From a bacterium (GTDB lineage: Bacteria; UBA8248; JACPRG01; G963555815): a stretch of 64,000 bases of DNA. The number at the start of each line of letters is the position of its first letter. The first letter of the stretch is position 1. The stretch covers positions 256,001 to 320,000 of the forward strand of contig CBDHDG010000004.1 in the NCBI GenBank assembly GCA_965261595.1, given 5' to 3'. This document shows, one piece after another, positions 31,025 to 41,965 of the stretch. The notes below the pieces were generated by a model. It did not search any database and had not been told where the DNA came from. It saw nothing but the letters and a program-made list of their open reading frames with translations. The position numbers and the translations under genes are program-made.

Positions 31025-32035
31025 GTGATGAGCCAAGGGAAAAGAATCAGCCGTCGGAGATTTGTCCAGGGTGTGGGTTGGGTCGCGGCGGGCGCGACGG
31101 TGGGGGCCTTCGCCGCTCCGCGGCGCGCGTTCGGCGCGAAAAAGGTCGTGGGCGCCGGTCTCGGACCCCCGTCGAACTCCACCATGATGCTCCCCATCAT
31201 CCAGGGGCTCAAACTGGGCGAGAAGCACGGCCTGGATTTCAAGGTCAATCTCTACCGCCGCCTGGGGGCCATGTACGCCGACTTCGCCACCCACAAGTGG
31301 GAGAGCGTGTATAACCCGGCGTTCTCCAACGCGGCGAGGTTTTACAGCAAGGGCATCCCCATCCAGCTCATGTTCACCTACACCACCGCCAACCACGCCT
31401 TCGTCTCGAAAGACCCCAAGATTCGCGAGGCGGCGGATCTCAAAGGGAAAACGGTCGCCGCGACGACGGGATCGGGCTTCTGGGGGATGGCGGTCCTGTT
31501 CCTGCGGCACCACGGAATGAATCACCGGAAGGACTTGAACATCCTCAGCGCCTCGCCTCCGGCGGTTGCGACGCAACTCTATGCCGGGAAGGTGGACGCG
31601 GGAATCGTCTGGGAGCCCAACCTTTCCAAGATGCTGACCTCGGGGTTCCACCTGGTGGGCGACATGAGCGCCGGCGTTCGCAAAGAGATCGGCCTGGCCC
31701 CGGACGCGCCGGTCTGGTATCTGGGCGCGTACGGCTGGAAGTCCTGGCTCGACGAAGACCACGACCGCAACGTGAGCATCATGCGGATGTGGCAGGACGC
31801 GGTGAGGTTCTACTACAAGGAGCCCGAGCGGGCCGACAAGTTCATCAGCGCCTTCACGAAGATCCCCATCAAGGCCCTGAAGTACAGCCGTGAGCACAAG
31901 TTCATGACCTTCCTGGTGGAGCCTTCCAAGGACCGGAAGGATGAGATCATGGCGACGCTCAAGGGATTCAAGTCGGTGGGCCGGCTGAAGAAGCTCCCCG
32001 ACGACGGGATCCACTACAAGTGGCCCACCCTGTAG
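31025..32035 (+). CDS. ABC substrate-binding protein (SsuA/NMT1-like), Tat-exported
   Basis: SRRRFV Tat motif; DLKGKTVA; GKVDAGIVWEP. Confidence 0.85.
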   Translation: MMSQGKRISRRRFVQGVGWVAAGATVGAFAAPRRAFGAKKVVGAGLGPPSNSTMMLPIIQGLKLGEKHGLDFKVNLYRRLGAMYADFATHKWESVYNPAFSNAARFYSKGIPIQLMFTYTTANHAFVSKDPKIREAADLKGKTVAATTGSGFWGMAVLFLRHHGMNHRKDLNILSASPPAVATQLYAGKVDAGIVWEPNLSKMLTSGFHLVGDMSAGVRKEIGLAPDAPVWYLGAYGWKSWLDEDHDRNVSIMRMWQDAVRFYYKEPERADKFISAFTKIPIKALKYSREHKFMTFLVEPSKDRKDEIMATLKGFKSVGRLKKLPDDGIHYKWPTL

Positions 32036-32100
32036 GACCGGTGGAGAAATGCAGCCGCGGGAATCCCGCCGGATGTAAAACCGCTGAGAATGGATTGAAG

Positions 32101-32140
32101 GGCGCGCCCCCCCCTTCCGCCGGGAGGGGGGGGGCGCGCC
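32101..32140. terminator. Strong GC hairpin between SBP and permease
   Basis: GGCGCGCCCCCCCCTTCC-GCCG-GGAGGGGGGGGGCGCGCC; no U-tract. Confidence 0.55.
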
Positions 32141-32162
32141 TGACGAAACAGGGATCGATGAG

Positions 32163-33005
32163 ATGACGCAGGCGGAGTATGCCGAAACCGGGGCGCGGGG
32201 AACCCACGTGGACTCGCCCGGGCGGACCGGAATCGCGCAATTTTTCGCGGAGGGCATTTCCTGGAAGGCGGTGACCGCCTTTTCGTGTCTTGCCGTCATT
32301 TGGCAGCTTGTTTCCTTCGTCTCCCCCGTCTGGCTGGTCCCGGGCGTTCACCTGATCCTCAAGGCGTTCTATGAAATCGTCACGACTTGGGAGCTTCTCA
32401 GCCAAGGGTTGATCTCCTTCGTCCGTCTGATCGCGGCCATCCTCGCTTCGGTCATTGTGGGCGTGCCCATCGGTTTGTTCATGGGTCTTTCGGCCAAGAT
32501 CGACGATTACGTCCGGCCGATCATCAAGTTTGTCATGGGCGTGCCCGCGCTGAACTGGGTGATCATCGTCATCATCTGGTTCTCGGAGACGGAGCTCCGC
32601 ATCGGGTTCGTCCTGCTGATGATCTGCGCGCCCATCACGATCTTCAACGTCTACGACGGGATCCGCTCCATCGACCAGAAGACCACCGACATGGTGAAAA
32701 CCTTCGGGGCCAATTCCCGGCAGATGATCAGGATTCTCCTGTGGCCCTACGTGAAGTCCTTCGCCTTCACGGCGACAAAGATCAACGTCGGCGTCGGCGT
32801 CCGCGTGGTCATCGTGGCCGAGCTGGTCGGCGCCCCCTCGGGCATCGGCAAAGAGCTCGACCTGGCCAAGAGTCTTTTCGAAATGCCGCTCATCCTTGCC
32901 TGGACGCTCTGGATGATCATCGTCCTGCTCCTTCTGGAAACGGTTGTCGAGTGGCTGGAAGGCCGGGTCCTTTCGTGGCGGATAGAAGAAGGAGGGAAGA
33001 TGTAA
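32163..33005 (+). CDS. ABC permease (NitT/TauT family)
   Basis: About 6 TMs, GVPIGLFMG, VAELVGAPSGIG. Confidence 0.9.
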   Translation: MTQAEYAETGARGTHVDSPGRTGIAQFFAEGISWKAVTAFSCLAVIWQLVSFVSPVWLVPGVHLILKAFYEIVTTWELLSQGLISFVRLIAAILASVIVGVPIGLFMGLSAKIDDYVRPIIKFVMGVPALNWVIIVIIWFSETELRIGFVLLMICAPITIFNVYDGIRSIDQKTTDMVKTFGANSRQMIRILLWPYVKSFAFTATKINVGVGVRVVIVAELVGAPSGIGKELDLAKSLFEMPLILAWTLWMIIVLLLLETVVEWLEGRVLSWRIEEGGKM

Positions 33006-33820
33006 TGGCCCAGGCCGCGGAATCCTCGGGCAACGGCCGGCCCAAGATCGTCGTCCGCAACGTCCACAAAACCTTCTATCAGAAACAAAAGGGCACCGAG
33101 GTCCGCGCCATCGCCGGCCTGTCCTTCGATATCGGCGAGGGCGAGTACCTGGTCATCGTCGGGGAGACGGGCGCGGGAAAATCGGTGTTCTTCGACTGTC
33201 TACTCGGGCTCAAGCACGTCGATGCCGGCGAGATCCTCATCGACGGGACGCCCGCGCAGAATTACCGAAAAACCCACGTCGGCGGGATCACCCGCATCTT
33301 TCAGGAAGACCGCCTCCTGCCCTGGCGGACCGCCACCGAGAACGTCTGCCTGGGCCCCGAGATTCAGGGCGTCTCCAAAGAGGAGCAGATCGAGACCGCC
33401 CACAAGTGGCTGAAGCTCGTGGGGCTGTGGGGGTTCGAGAACTCTTACCCCAACGAGCTATCGGGCGGCATGCGCCAACGCGTCAACATCGCCCGGGCCT
33501 TCGCCACCCACCCGGACATCCTCCTTCTGGACGAGGCGTTCGGCGGCCTGGACGAGGTGACGGCGATGCGTCTGCGCAAGGACTTCATCGACCTGGCTCA
33601 CCAGCAGAAGATGACGTTCGTGATGGTGACCCACAGCATCGAGGAGGCGCTCGTCCTCGGAAGACGGATCCTCATCTTCGGCGTCCCGGCCCACATCGTC
33701 CACACCATCGACGTCCCGGACGACATCGAGAACAACCCATCCCTGTTCGAAGAGAAGAAGGAAGAGATCAAGCACTGGATCGCCAAAGAGGGACGGCTGA
33801 AAGCCACGGCTGACGAATAG
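33005..33820 (+). CDS. ABC ATPase (NitT/TauT family)
   Basis: GETGAGKS, LLPWRT, LSGGMRQR, LLLDEAF. Confidence 0.92.
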   Translation: MAQAAESSGNGRPKIVVRNVHKTFYQKQKGTEVRAIAGLSFDIGEGEYLVIVGETGAGKSVFFDCLLGLKHVDAGEILIDGTPAQNYRKTHVGGITRIFQEDRLLPWRTATENVCLGPEIQGVSKEEQIETAHKWLKLVGLWGFENSYPNELSGGMRQRVNIARAFATHPDILLLDEAFGGLDEVTAMRLRKDFIDLAHQQKMTFVMVTHSIEEALVLGRRILIFGVPAHIVHTIDVPDDIENNPSLFEEKKEEIKHWIAKEGRLKATADE

Positions 33821-33902
33821 AGGGTTGCGGCGAAACGCCCAAATCGGGGACCGCCACAACAGATTTCCAGGTCGCTCCGCTCTTTCAGGATGTAGCGGCG
33901 CT

Positions 33903-33928
33903 CCCTTCGGATTTGCTCAGGGCAGGCT
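33903..33928. repeat. REP-like palindromic unit
   Basis: CCCTTCGGATTTGCTCAGGGCAGGCT between convergent genes; resembles a recalled CCCTTCGACTnCGCTCAGGGCAGG repeat type. Confidence 0.4.
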
Positions 33929-33991
33929 CTTGAGGGCTCCCGTGCAGGTTCGATTGGCCATCGATGGAAGGGGCGACCCGAATAGGAATGA

Positions 33992-35653
33992 CTACCGGAC
34001 CAGCTCCCGCCGCAACACCTTCCCCACCGGACTTTTCGGCAGCGACTCGGCGAACTCGATGACGTGCGGGACTTTGTAGGACGCGATGCGGCCCTTGAGG
34101 TCATCCAGGATCTCCGCGGCCAACCCTTCCTCCGGTTTTTCCTGATCACGCACGACGACGATCGCCCGGATCCGGTTGCCGATCTCTTCGTCTGTCTGCG
34201 GCACCACTGCCGCCTCAACGACCGCCGGATGGCGGCTCATGGCGTTCTCGATCTCGACCGGCGAGATGAAGATCCCCCGGCTCTTGAAGCACTCGTCGCT
34301 CCGCCCCGCCACCCAGAAGTAGCCGTCCTCGTCCTTCCAGGCCAAATCCCCTGTATGGTACCAGCCGTTCCGCGTAACCTCCGCCGTCCGCTCCGGGTCC
34401 TTGTGATACCCGAGGAAGAAGCCGGGGTCGCCGGCCCAGATCAGGAGATGGCCGACCTCGCCCGGCGGGACGGGGCGATAGGCATCGTCCAGGACATCCA
34501 CCACGACGCCGGGAAGCGGCCTGCCGATGGAGCCCGGCCGGACGGACCACTCCGGTCTCTCGGGCCGCCCCGGCCCCTGCCCCAGAACCATCTGCATCTC
34601 CGACACGCCGTAGTGCTCGTAGATGTCGCACCCGAACCGGCGCTTCCATTCGTGGTACGTCGCCTCCTGAAGCGGCTCGCCCGTGGCGTTGCAGCACCGC
34701 AGGCTCGACACGTCATACCGCTCCTCCACGCCCTCGATTCCGAGGATGCGGCGGTAGACCGTCGCGACGGAATAAAGGACGGTCACGCCATGGCGTTGGA
34801 CGGCCTCCAGGACCCGCTCGGGCAGCGCCCGGCCCTCCAGGATGGCCCCGGTCACGCCGTTCCGGAGAGGGAACAGGACGTTGTGGCCAAGGGCGCTGAT
34901 GAAGCTCCACTCCCCCGTGGCCATGGCCACATCGTCCGCCTCGGGCGGGAGGCGCAGGCGGTTGGCGTCCCCGAGGGCGATGATCCAGCGGTGCGCGTGG
35001 CGGATGCCCTTGGGCCGGCCCGTCGTCCCGGACGTGTAGACGATGAAGGCCGGATCGTTGGCGGCGGTGTCGGCGGCCTCCAGGGGATCGGCGTCTCCGC
35101 CCTCGGGCAAGTCCTCAAGCGCTGCCTCGCCCTTCGCCGCGCCCCTCGCGACGATCAGCCCCAGGTCCAATTCATCCTTCAACCCGCGCAAGGGTCCGGC
35201 GACCTCATCCAGGGTGATCGCCCCCCGGGCGTCGCTGTGCTCAAGGACATAGGCCGCCTCCTCCGTCCCCAGCAGGGAGTTCAGCAGAACGGGGAGCGCG
35301 CCGATCTTGACCAGGGCCAGGAAAGACGCGACGAACTCGGGGCAGTTGGGCATCCGGAGCAGGATCGGCGCTCCGCGCGAAACGCCACGCGTTAAAAGTC
35401 CCCGGGCCAATCGATCGACCCCCGACCTCAGCTCGGAATACGAGATTTCGCCGTCCGCATGGATGAAGGCCGTCCGGTCTCCGAAGCCCGGTCCTCCCTC
35501 TCCCTCTTCCCCCGCCCCCTTTCCCCGCCGGTCCGGGAACCACCGGTCCAAGACCTCCCGGGCGATGTTCACGCGCGGGGGGATTTTCCTGTAGCGTTCG
35601 GGAAGCCCCGCTTCCTCAGCTTCCATTCCCGTCTCCAAAGGGCCAGTTGTCAT
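33992..35653 (-). CDS. Aryl/acyl-CoA ligase (benzoate-CoA-ligase-like)
   Basis: [31 protein letters not shown]. Confidence 0.88.
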   Translation of the reverse strand: MTTGPLETGMEAEEAGLPERYRKIPPRVNIAREVLDRWFPDRRGKGAGEEGEGGPGFGDRTAFIHADGEISYSELRSGVDRLARGLLTRGVSRGAPILLRMPNCPEFVASFLALVKIGALPVLLNSLLGTEEAAYVLEHSDARGAITLDEVAGPLRGLKDELDLGLIVARGAAKGEAALEDLPEGGDADPLEAADTAANDPAFIVYTSGTTGRPKGIRHAHRWIIALGDANRLRLPPEADDVAMATGEWSFISALGHNVLFPLRNGVTGAILEGRALPERVLEAVQRHGVTVLYSVATVYRRILGIEGVEERYDVSSLRCCNATGEPLQEATYHEWKRRFGCDIYEHYGVSEMQMVLGQGPGRPERPEWSVRPGSIGRPLPGVVVDVLDDAYRPVPPGEVGHLLIWAGDPGFFLGYHKDPERTAEVTRNGWYHTGDLAWKDEDGYFWVAGRSDECFKSRGIFISPVEIENAMSRHPAVVEAAVVPQTDEEIGNRIRAIVVVRDQEKPEEGLAAEILDDLKGRIASYKVPHVIEFAESLPKSPVGKVLRRELVR

Positions 35654-36518
35654 AGTAGGGGCCCCGGTAGTCCGGCGCCCTTTTCTCCATAAACGAGCGG
35701 ATCCCCTCCTGGCAGTCCTTCGTCCGGGTGATTTCCAGGATCGCCGCAAGCTCTTTGGAATAGCCTTCCTCCGAGCGGTTGGCGTTCCAGTAGAACTTGA
35801 CGAGGTCCTTGGCGTGGCGGACGGAGAGATAGGGGTTGCCCGCGATGCGGCCGGCCAGTTCGAACACCTCATCCATCAGTTTATCGTGGGGCGCCACGCG
35901 GTCCACCAGACCGATGCGCTCGGCCTCGGCCGCGTCGACGCGCTTGCCCGTGAGGATCATCTCGAGCGCCTTGCCGACGCCGATGAGCTTCGGCAGGTTC
36001 CGCGAGCCGCCGGCCTCGGGGACGAACCCCGCGGGGACAGCCACCTCGCCGAACTTGGCCCGGTCCGAAGCGATCCGGAAATCGCACAGCGTGCACATCT
36101 CCAGACCGGCCCCGACGGCCCAGCCGTTGATGGCGGCGACCGTGACGGGGGGCAGGTCTTCGAGCTTGCGGAAGCAGCGCTGGAGGACCTGGTGGCGTAG
36201 GTCGTTGAAGAAGTAGTGCGCCAGCTCCCGGTACGGGCCGTGGATGCCCATGTCGTAATCGTCGGCCGCGCCCAGGGGGCCGGCCTCGGTCACCACGTCG
36301 CCGCCGGCGCAGAAGCCCTTCCCCTCCCCCGTCAGGATGACCACTTTGAGGTGGCTGTTCCACTTGATCTCGTCGCACAGGACGTCGAGCTCCATCCGCA
36401 TGCGCACGTCGATGGCGTTCATGGCATCGGGCCGGTTCAGCTTGATGAGACCGATGCACTTCTCTTCGGGCCGGTTCGGATTCGGATGAACGGACCAGTC
36501 CAGCGCCTGGTAATTCAT
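35616..36518 (-). CDS. Enoyl-CoA hydratase/isomerase (crotonase) family
   Basis: [27 protein letters not shown]. Confidence 0.9.
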   Translation of the reverse strand: MNYQALDWSVHPNPNRPEEKCIGLIKLNRPDAMNAIDVRMRMELDVLCDEIKWNSHLKVVILTGEGKGFCAGGDVVTEAGPLGAADDYDMGIHGPYRELAHYFFNDLRHQVLQRCFRKLEDLPPVTVAAINGWAVGAGLEMCTLCDFRIASDRAKFGEVAVPAGFVPEAGGSRNLPKLIGVGKALEMILTGKRVDAAEAERIGLVDRVAPHDKLMDEVFELAGRIAGNPYLSVRHAKDLVKFYWNANRSEEGYSKELAAILEITRTKDCQEGIRSFMEKRAPDYRGPYYDNWPFGDGNGS

Positions 36519-36679
36519 GGCCCCTCCTTTCGGACGGAACAGGGGGAGCGCGAAGCCCCGAGGACCTTCCGGAGCCAAGACACCCCGCTTAGGGATTAGA
36601 AGGTTATTGTATCCGTTTCGGGAGGTAGGGAGGGGGTGGGGGGGCGGCGCGACGAAGACGGGGCGCAAGAAAAAGGCGT

Positions 36680-39025
36680 TTACTCGTCGCTGTCTTCATC
36701 GCCCAGCGGGGGATAGGGGGTCCCGCTCTTTTCAGACGATCGGTCCGTCCGTTTCTCACCGGAGGCCCCCCTTTCGCCTTTGTCCTCAAAGGCCCGGGAC
36801 ACCTGTTCCAGGTAGAGCGGGGGCGGGGTTCCCTCCTTCGGGTTTCCGAAATAGACCGTCCGGTGGGGGAAGGGAATCTCGATGCCGCGCTCGTCGAACA
36901 CCTTCTTCATCCGGCGGTTGAACTCCCGGCCGACGTTCCACTGCTTGATGGGTTTCGTCGTGAAGCGCGCCCGCACGACGACGGCCGAATCCTCGAACCG
37001 GTCCACGCCCATGATCTCGATGGGTTGCAGGATGTCGGGTCCGTATTCCGGATCGGCCTGCATCCCGGCGCCGATCTCCTTGAGGATCTCGACCACCTTG
37101 TCCGTGTCCTCACGGTAGGAAACCCCGACGTCCATCACGTATCGCGAAAAGTCTTTCGTCATGTTCGTGACCCGGTCCACACTGCTGTGGGGGATGACGT
37201 GGACGTTCCCCGCGAGGTCCCGGATCCGGATGGTCCGGAGGCTGAGGTTCTCGACCATCCCGGCCGTGCCCTGCAAGACGACGATGTCTCCCACCGACAT
37301 GCTGTCTTCGAGGATGATGAAAAGACCCGAGATGATGTCCTTCACCAGCGACTGCGCGCCGAAGCCGACGGCCAGCCCCAGGACCCCCACGCCCGCCAGG
37401 ACGGGTGTCACGTTGATCCCGAGCTGTTCCATGACGACCAGGACCGCGATGACGATGACCGCCACTTTCAGCGTCGCCCGGCCGAGCGGGACCAGGGTCT
37501 TCAACCGGCCGGGAGGCTCGACCGTCTCGCCATCCGGGCCCGTCCGGGGTTGCAGCAGGGCATCCGCCGCGAAATCCCCGCCCTCCAGAACAACGAACGC
37601 AATGAGGAGCGCGACCCCAATCGCGAACAGCCGCTTCATCACAAACAAGCCGAAATCGGAGAACAGGAAATCGAAAAGCCGGACCTCCCACGCCTCGATG
37701 ATCAGGAAGGCCGTCAGCAGATAGAGAAGGGAGAACGCGATCCGGTTCGTCACGCGCACGTAACGATTGGCCCGCCCCTCTAAGTCGGGGAACCGCGCCG
37801 CGAGCCGGGGGGGAACCTGGAACAGCCTCCGGAGAATGACCGCGAGGAAGCGCCGGAGGACGAAGCAAAGGGCGATCAGCAGGGCAGTGTACAGCGTCGC
37901 CCAGACCATCAGCCCCAGGGCGTCCGGATAGTCCAGAAGCCAGAGACTGTAGCCCACGATGAGATAGACGACGGTGATCGCGTGCCCATAGACAGCCAGG
38001 AACCGCCTGACGATCCGAAGGGTCCCCCCCCGGGCCTCCCCGCCGGACTCGGCGTCCGACGCGAGACGGGCGCGGACCTCCCTCCGCTGCTGGAGAACCA
38101 GCGTAATCACCTGAATCACCAGGATGGCCGCATAAATCTCGAAAAGACCCCGCGTCAAGCCCTCCGAAGCCCCGAGAATCTCGACAATCCTGACAAAGTA
38201 ATACCCATAGACGCCGAGACCCGTGAGGCGTCTCATCCAGACGTTCCAGTAGGCGGCTGTCTCGTCTTTCAGTGGAAGGAAGCGGACACTCGGCCGCAAG
38301 GGGGCGAAGAAAATCCGGCTCAAGGCGAGCAAGGCCGTCCTCAGGAAATAGGCCCAAGCCGCCGCCAGGGCGGCCGCGGCCCCCAGGGGGTGAGGGAGCA
38401 GAAGGGTCAGCCCCACGAAAACCGCCAGGAGCATCACCACCGGCGGGATCAGGCGCAACAAGGAGAGGCCGAGTGAAACCAGGAACTTCCGGATTCCGGG
38501 AGATCCGTCGTCCACCGTCAGCCGGTCCCCCGCCCGGAGGGCGTATCTCCTCGAAAGAAGCGCGAGGATGACCGCCGCGCCGAACGCGGCGGCCAGTTTC
38601 CAAAGAAGGTCCGCCAATCGCAAAAGGAAACTTTTTTCCCGGGCACGTCGCGTCCCTTCCGAGACCAACCGGGGAATCGATTTGAATCTCTCCGAGGCCT
38701 GAGATACGATGACGTTGAGTCTTCCGACAACCCGCTCATACACGTTGACGAACGTCACGCTTCCCGCCGGGACCTCCGACTTTCGCCGGCCCGCCCGCTC
38801 CCGCTCGACAAGCCCCTTCAACTGCCGGATCAGCCTTTTCCGCTCCGCCGGGTTCTCCAGCGTCTTCAACAACAGCTCGACGTCCGATGGGCCGCCGGCC
38901 GCCTTGGAAGCCCCGGGGGGCGTGTCCTGGCCGAAAACGGGCGCGGCGGAGACGGCGAGGCAGAGAAAGAAAATGCTTGCGATCAGCCGGCGCATGCTCA
39001 ATGGGAGACGGGCGGGAATCTTCAT
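36680..39025 (-). CDS. Large MscS-family mechanosensitive channel (YbiO-like)
   Basis: [24 protein letters not shown], many TMs. Confidence 0.9.
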   Translation of the reverse strand: MKIPARLPLSMRRLIASIFFLCLAVSAAPVFGQDTPPGASKAAGGPSDVELLLKTLENPAERKRLIRQLKGLVERERAGRRKSEVPAGSVTFVNVYERVVGRLNVIVSQASERFKSIPRLVSEGTRRAREKSFLLRLADLLWKLAAAFGAAVILALLSRRYALRAGDRLTVDDGSPGIRKFLVSLGLSLLRLIPPVVMLLAVFVGLTLLLPHPLGAAAALAAAWAYFLRTALLALSRIFFAPLRPSVRFLPLKDETAAYWNVWMRRLTGLGVYGYYFVRIVEILGASEGLTRGLFEIYAAILVIQVITLVLQQRREVRARLASDAESGGEARGGTLRIVRRFLAVYGHAITVVYLIVGYSLWLLDYPDALGLMVWATLYTALLIALCFVLRRFLAVILRRLFQVPPRLAARFPDLEGRANRYVRVTNRIAFSLLYLLTAFLIIEAWEVRLFDFLFSDFGLFVMKRLFAIGVALLIAFVVLEGGDFAADALLQPRTGPDGETVEPPGRLKTLVPLGRATLKVAVIVIAVLVVMEQLGINVTPVLAGVGVLGLAVGFGAQSLVKDIISGLFIILEDSMSVGDIVVLQGTAGMVENLSLRTIRIRDLAGNVHVIPHSSVDRVTNMTKDFSRYVMDVGVSYREDTDKVVEILKEIGAGMQADPEYGPDILQPIEIMGVDRFEDSAVVVRARFTTKPIKQWNVGREFNRRMKKVFDERGIEIPFPHRTVYFGNPKEGTPPPLYLEQVSRAFEDKGERGASGEKRTDRSSEKSGTPYPPLGDEDSDE

Positions 39026-39038
39026 TTCTCCTCGGGCT

Positions 39039-41441
39039 TCAGACCGTTTGGACCGCGCGGATCAGGTCCCAAAGGTGGTTGGGGCTGAGCGGAAGGGCCG
39101 TCACCTCGACCCCCAGCGGAGACAGGGCGTCCTCGACGGCGCTGGCGATCACGGCCGGCGCGGGAATCGCGCCCCCCTCGCCCGCCCCTTTCGACCCCAA
39201 GGGGGTGAAGGGCGAAGGGGTCTCCAGGCTGTCCACCTCGATGTGGGGGGATTCCATGGTTGTCGGCTTCAGATAATCCATGAAATTGGCCGTCAGGAAT
39301 TGTCCGCTTTCATCATAGATGAATTCCTCGTAGAGGGCCGCGCCAATCCCGTGGACGGTCGCTCCGTGGGCCAGCCCCTCGACAATCATCGGGTTGATCT
39401 CCGTCCCGCAATCGTGGACCATTCCGTATTTGAGGATTTTGACCTGGGCCGTTCCCGGGTCGACCTCCACCATGGCGATGTGAACGGAGTTGCTGGCGAA
39501 GAGCTGGGTCCGCACGCGGCGTTCGGCATCGGGAAGATCGGCCTGCCGGTTGACATGATAGTGCCGGGCCTCGAGCCCCGCCTCCATTCCTTCCGGCAGC
39601 ATGAGGAGGTCCCGGTAGGCGATCCGCGCGATCTCCGCGATCGGCATCGACCTCCCCTCCCCCCCCCCTCCCCTTTCCGCCGCCCGGACCTCGCCGTCTT
39701 CAATCTCCAGCGACGCCCTGTCCGATTTCATCAGGTGCGCCGCGAGGTCGAGCAGCTTGTTCCGGACCTTCCGCGCCGCGCCCAGGATGGCCGCCGTGTC
39801 TGTCCCGGAGAACTTGTTCGAGTAATTCCCCGAAGCGTACAGCCAGGGGGTGGTGTGGGAATCGAACCAGGGCGCGACATGAACGGCGTCGGGATGGACG
39901 CCCAGCTCGTCCGCGACGATCTGGGCCGCGGTGGTTTCGTAACCCTGCCCGCTGCCCGCGTCCCCGACGGCCGTCCGGATGGAGCCGTCCGCCTCGATCC
40001 GGACCAGGGCCGCCTCGCCCATCCCCGACGCCAGCCGCCGGCCGGTCGTGAGGATGTACGAGGAAAGGTTCGAGCTGCTGGGCTCAACGGCCGCGGCGAT
40101 CCCGACCCCCACGCTCCGCCCCTCGGCCCGGGCCTCCGCCTGGACCTTTCTCAGACCCTCGTAGTCCATCTGTTTCATGGCCCGGCGAAGCGTCTCGGGA
40201 TAATCGCCGCTGTCGTAGACCGTCCCGGAGGGAATCCGGTAGGGAAAGGCCTCGGGGGGTATGAAGTTGCGAAACCGGATCTCGGCGGGGTCCAGATCCA
40301 GCGTCTTCGCGATCAGGTCCATTATGCGCTCGGCGGCGAAGCACATGAAGGGTTTTCCGATTCCCCGGTTGGCCCCAGAGGGGCATTTGTTGGTCAAAAC
40401 GGCGTGCGCCTCGAAGCGGACGGCCGGGATGGTGTAACAGTTGGTGAGCGTTCCCATCTTGAGGAGGGAGTGGACCGTCGGGTTGGCGAGGTTGTTCCCC
40501 TCGTCCGCCCAGTCGCGGATCTTCCACGCCAGCACCTTCCCGTCGCGGTTGAAGGCGGCTTCCATCTCGATCACCCCGTTGCAGGCGTGCATCAGCGCCA
40601 TGAGGTTCTCCCGCCGGTCCTCGATCCACTTGACGGGCTTGCCCGCCTTTTTCGCCAGGAGGGCGGCCAGGAGAAGATAGGGCGCGCGCCGCTTGTTCCC
40701 GAACCCGCCGCCGATGTCCGGAATGATGAGACGAACCCGGGCCTGGGAAACGCCCAGGGCGTCGGCCAGAAGTCCCACCGTCAGCCCCGGCCGCTGGTCG
40801 TTGGACCAGAAGGTGTAGCTGTCGCTTCCGATGTCGTATCGGGCGATGCACCCGAAGGTCTCGAGCGGCGTCGATGTGTACCGCTGGATGGAGAACCGCT
40901 TCGCCAGGGTGAGGTCGGCCTCGGCGAACGCCCCATCCACGTCGCCGAAAGTGAACGTGTCGGACCAGATGACGTTCGTCCCCATCTCGTCGTAGAGGAG
41001 CGGTGTATCGGGATCCGCCGCCTTCTCCGGATCGACCACGGCGTCCAGCGGCTCATATTCGGCGCGAATGAGCTCAACGGCGTCTTCCGCCACGTACCGG
41101 TCCGCCGCCGCGACGGCTGCGACCGCCTCTCCCACGTACCGGACCCGATCGATGGCCAGGGCGCCGTAGCCGAGCTTGACGGGGACCGGGATGAGCGACT
41201 TCATCGTGTGGCCGGCCGCGTCCCGGCCGGTCAGAACGGCCTCCACGCCGGGAAGGCGCTCCGCCTCCGAGGTGTCGATGGAAAGGATGCGGGCGTGGGG
41301 ATAGGGGCTGCGATAGATCGCCGCGTGGAGCGTCCCGGGGAAGGCGAAGTCGTCCACGTAATTCCCCCGCCCGGTGATGAACTTGCCGTCTTCTTTCCGC
41401 AGGACCCTCCGGCCCGCCCACCGCTTCTCCGGTTCGCTCAT
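39039..41441 (-). CDS. Molybdenum hydroxylase large subunit, set 1
   Basis: GGGFGNK, SGANRGIG, GQGYET, GSKGAGEGG. Confidence 0.92.
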   Translation of the reverse strand: MSEPEKRWAGRRVLRKEDGKFITGRGNYVDDFAFPGTLHAAIYRSPYPHARILSIDTSEAERLPGVEAVLTGRDAAGHTMKSLIPVPVKLGYGALAIDRVRYVGEAVAAVAAADRYVAEDAVELIRAEYEPLDAVVDPEKAADPDTPLLYDEMGTNVIWSDTFTFGDVDGAFAEADLTLAKRFSIQRYTSTPLETFGCIARYDIGSDSYTFWSNDQRPGLTVGLLADALGVSQARVRLIIPDIGGGFGNKRRAPYLLLAALLAKKAGKPVKWIEDRRENLMALMHACNGVIEMEAAFNRDGKVLAWKIRDWADEGNNLANPTVHSLLKMGTLTNCYTIPAVRFEAHAVLTNKCPSGANRGIGKPFMCFAAERIMDLIAKTLDLDPAEIRFRNFIPPEAFPYRIPSGTVYDSGDYPETLRRAMKQMDYEGLRKVQAEARAEGRSVGVGIAAAVEPSSSNLSSYILTTGRRLASGMGEAALVRIEADGSIRTAVGDAGSGQGYETTAAQIVADELGVHPDAVHVAPWFDSHTTPWLYASGNYSNKFSGTDTAAILGAARKVRNKLLDLAAHLMKSDRASLEIEDGEVRAAERGGGGEGRSMPIAEIARIAYRDLLMLPEGMEAGLEARHYHVNRQADLPDAERRVRTQLFASNSVHIAMVEVDPGTAQVKILKYGMVHDCGTEINPMIVEGLAHGATVHGIGAALYEEFIYDESGQFLTANFMDYLKPTTMESPHIEVDSLETPSPFTPLGSKGAGEGGAIPAPAVIASAVEDALSPLGVEVTALPLSPNHLWDLIRAVQTV

Positions 41442-41965
41442 GACGGGACCGCCCCCGGCGACGCTTCAGCGGCCTCCCCGCTCCGCATCTTCAGCGCGGC
41501 GTCCAGAACCGCCCGGACGATGTTGACGTATCCGGTGCACATGCAGAGATTTCCCGCCAGGCCCTCCCGGACCTCGGCTTCCGTCGGATCGGGGTTTCGC
41601 TCGAGAAGCTCGCACGCCGTCAGAAGCATGCCGGGCGTGCAGAACCCGCATTGAAGGGCGTGCCGTTCGTGAAAGGCCCGCTGGAGCGGGTGGAGGCGGC
41701 CCTCCCCCTCTCCCTCCCGGCCCAGGCCCTCGACGGTCGTCACCTCGCACCCGTCCGCCTGAACGGCGAACGTCAGGCAGGACCGCGCCGCGGCCCCGTT
41801 CAGCAGGATCGTGCAGGCCCCGCACACCCCATGTTCACACCCCAGGTGCGTCCCGGTGAGGCCGAGGTTTTCCCGCAGGAAGTCCGCCAACGTCCGGCGC
41901 GGCTCGACCTCGCCCCCCACCTCGGCGCCGTTCACCTTCAAGCGAATCTCATGCCGCCGAATCAG
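41438..41965 (-). CDS. Molybdenum hydroxylase 2Fe-2S subunit, set 1
   Basis: GCEHGVCGAC, QCGFCTPG, CMCTGY; start at CTG 41965 (or TTG 41941) is inferred. Confidence 0.9.
   Translation of the reverse strand: MIRRHEIRLKVNGAEVGGEVEPRRTLADFLRENLGLTGTHLGCEHGVCGACTILLNGAAARSCLTFAVQADGCEVTTVEGLGREGEGEGRLHPLQRAFHERHALQCGFCTPGMLLTACELLERNPDPTEAEVREGLAGNLCMCTGYVNIVRAVLDAALKMRSGEAAEASPGAVPS

Noticed and set aside
38709..41654. 981-aa plus-strand ORF (likewise 44987-47137 and 58981-61029)
   Set aside because: Antisense shadows of clearly recognisable genes
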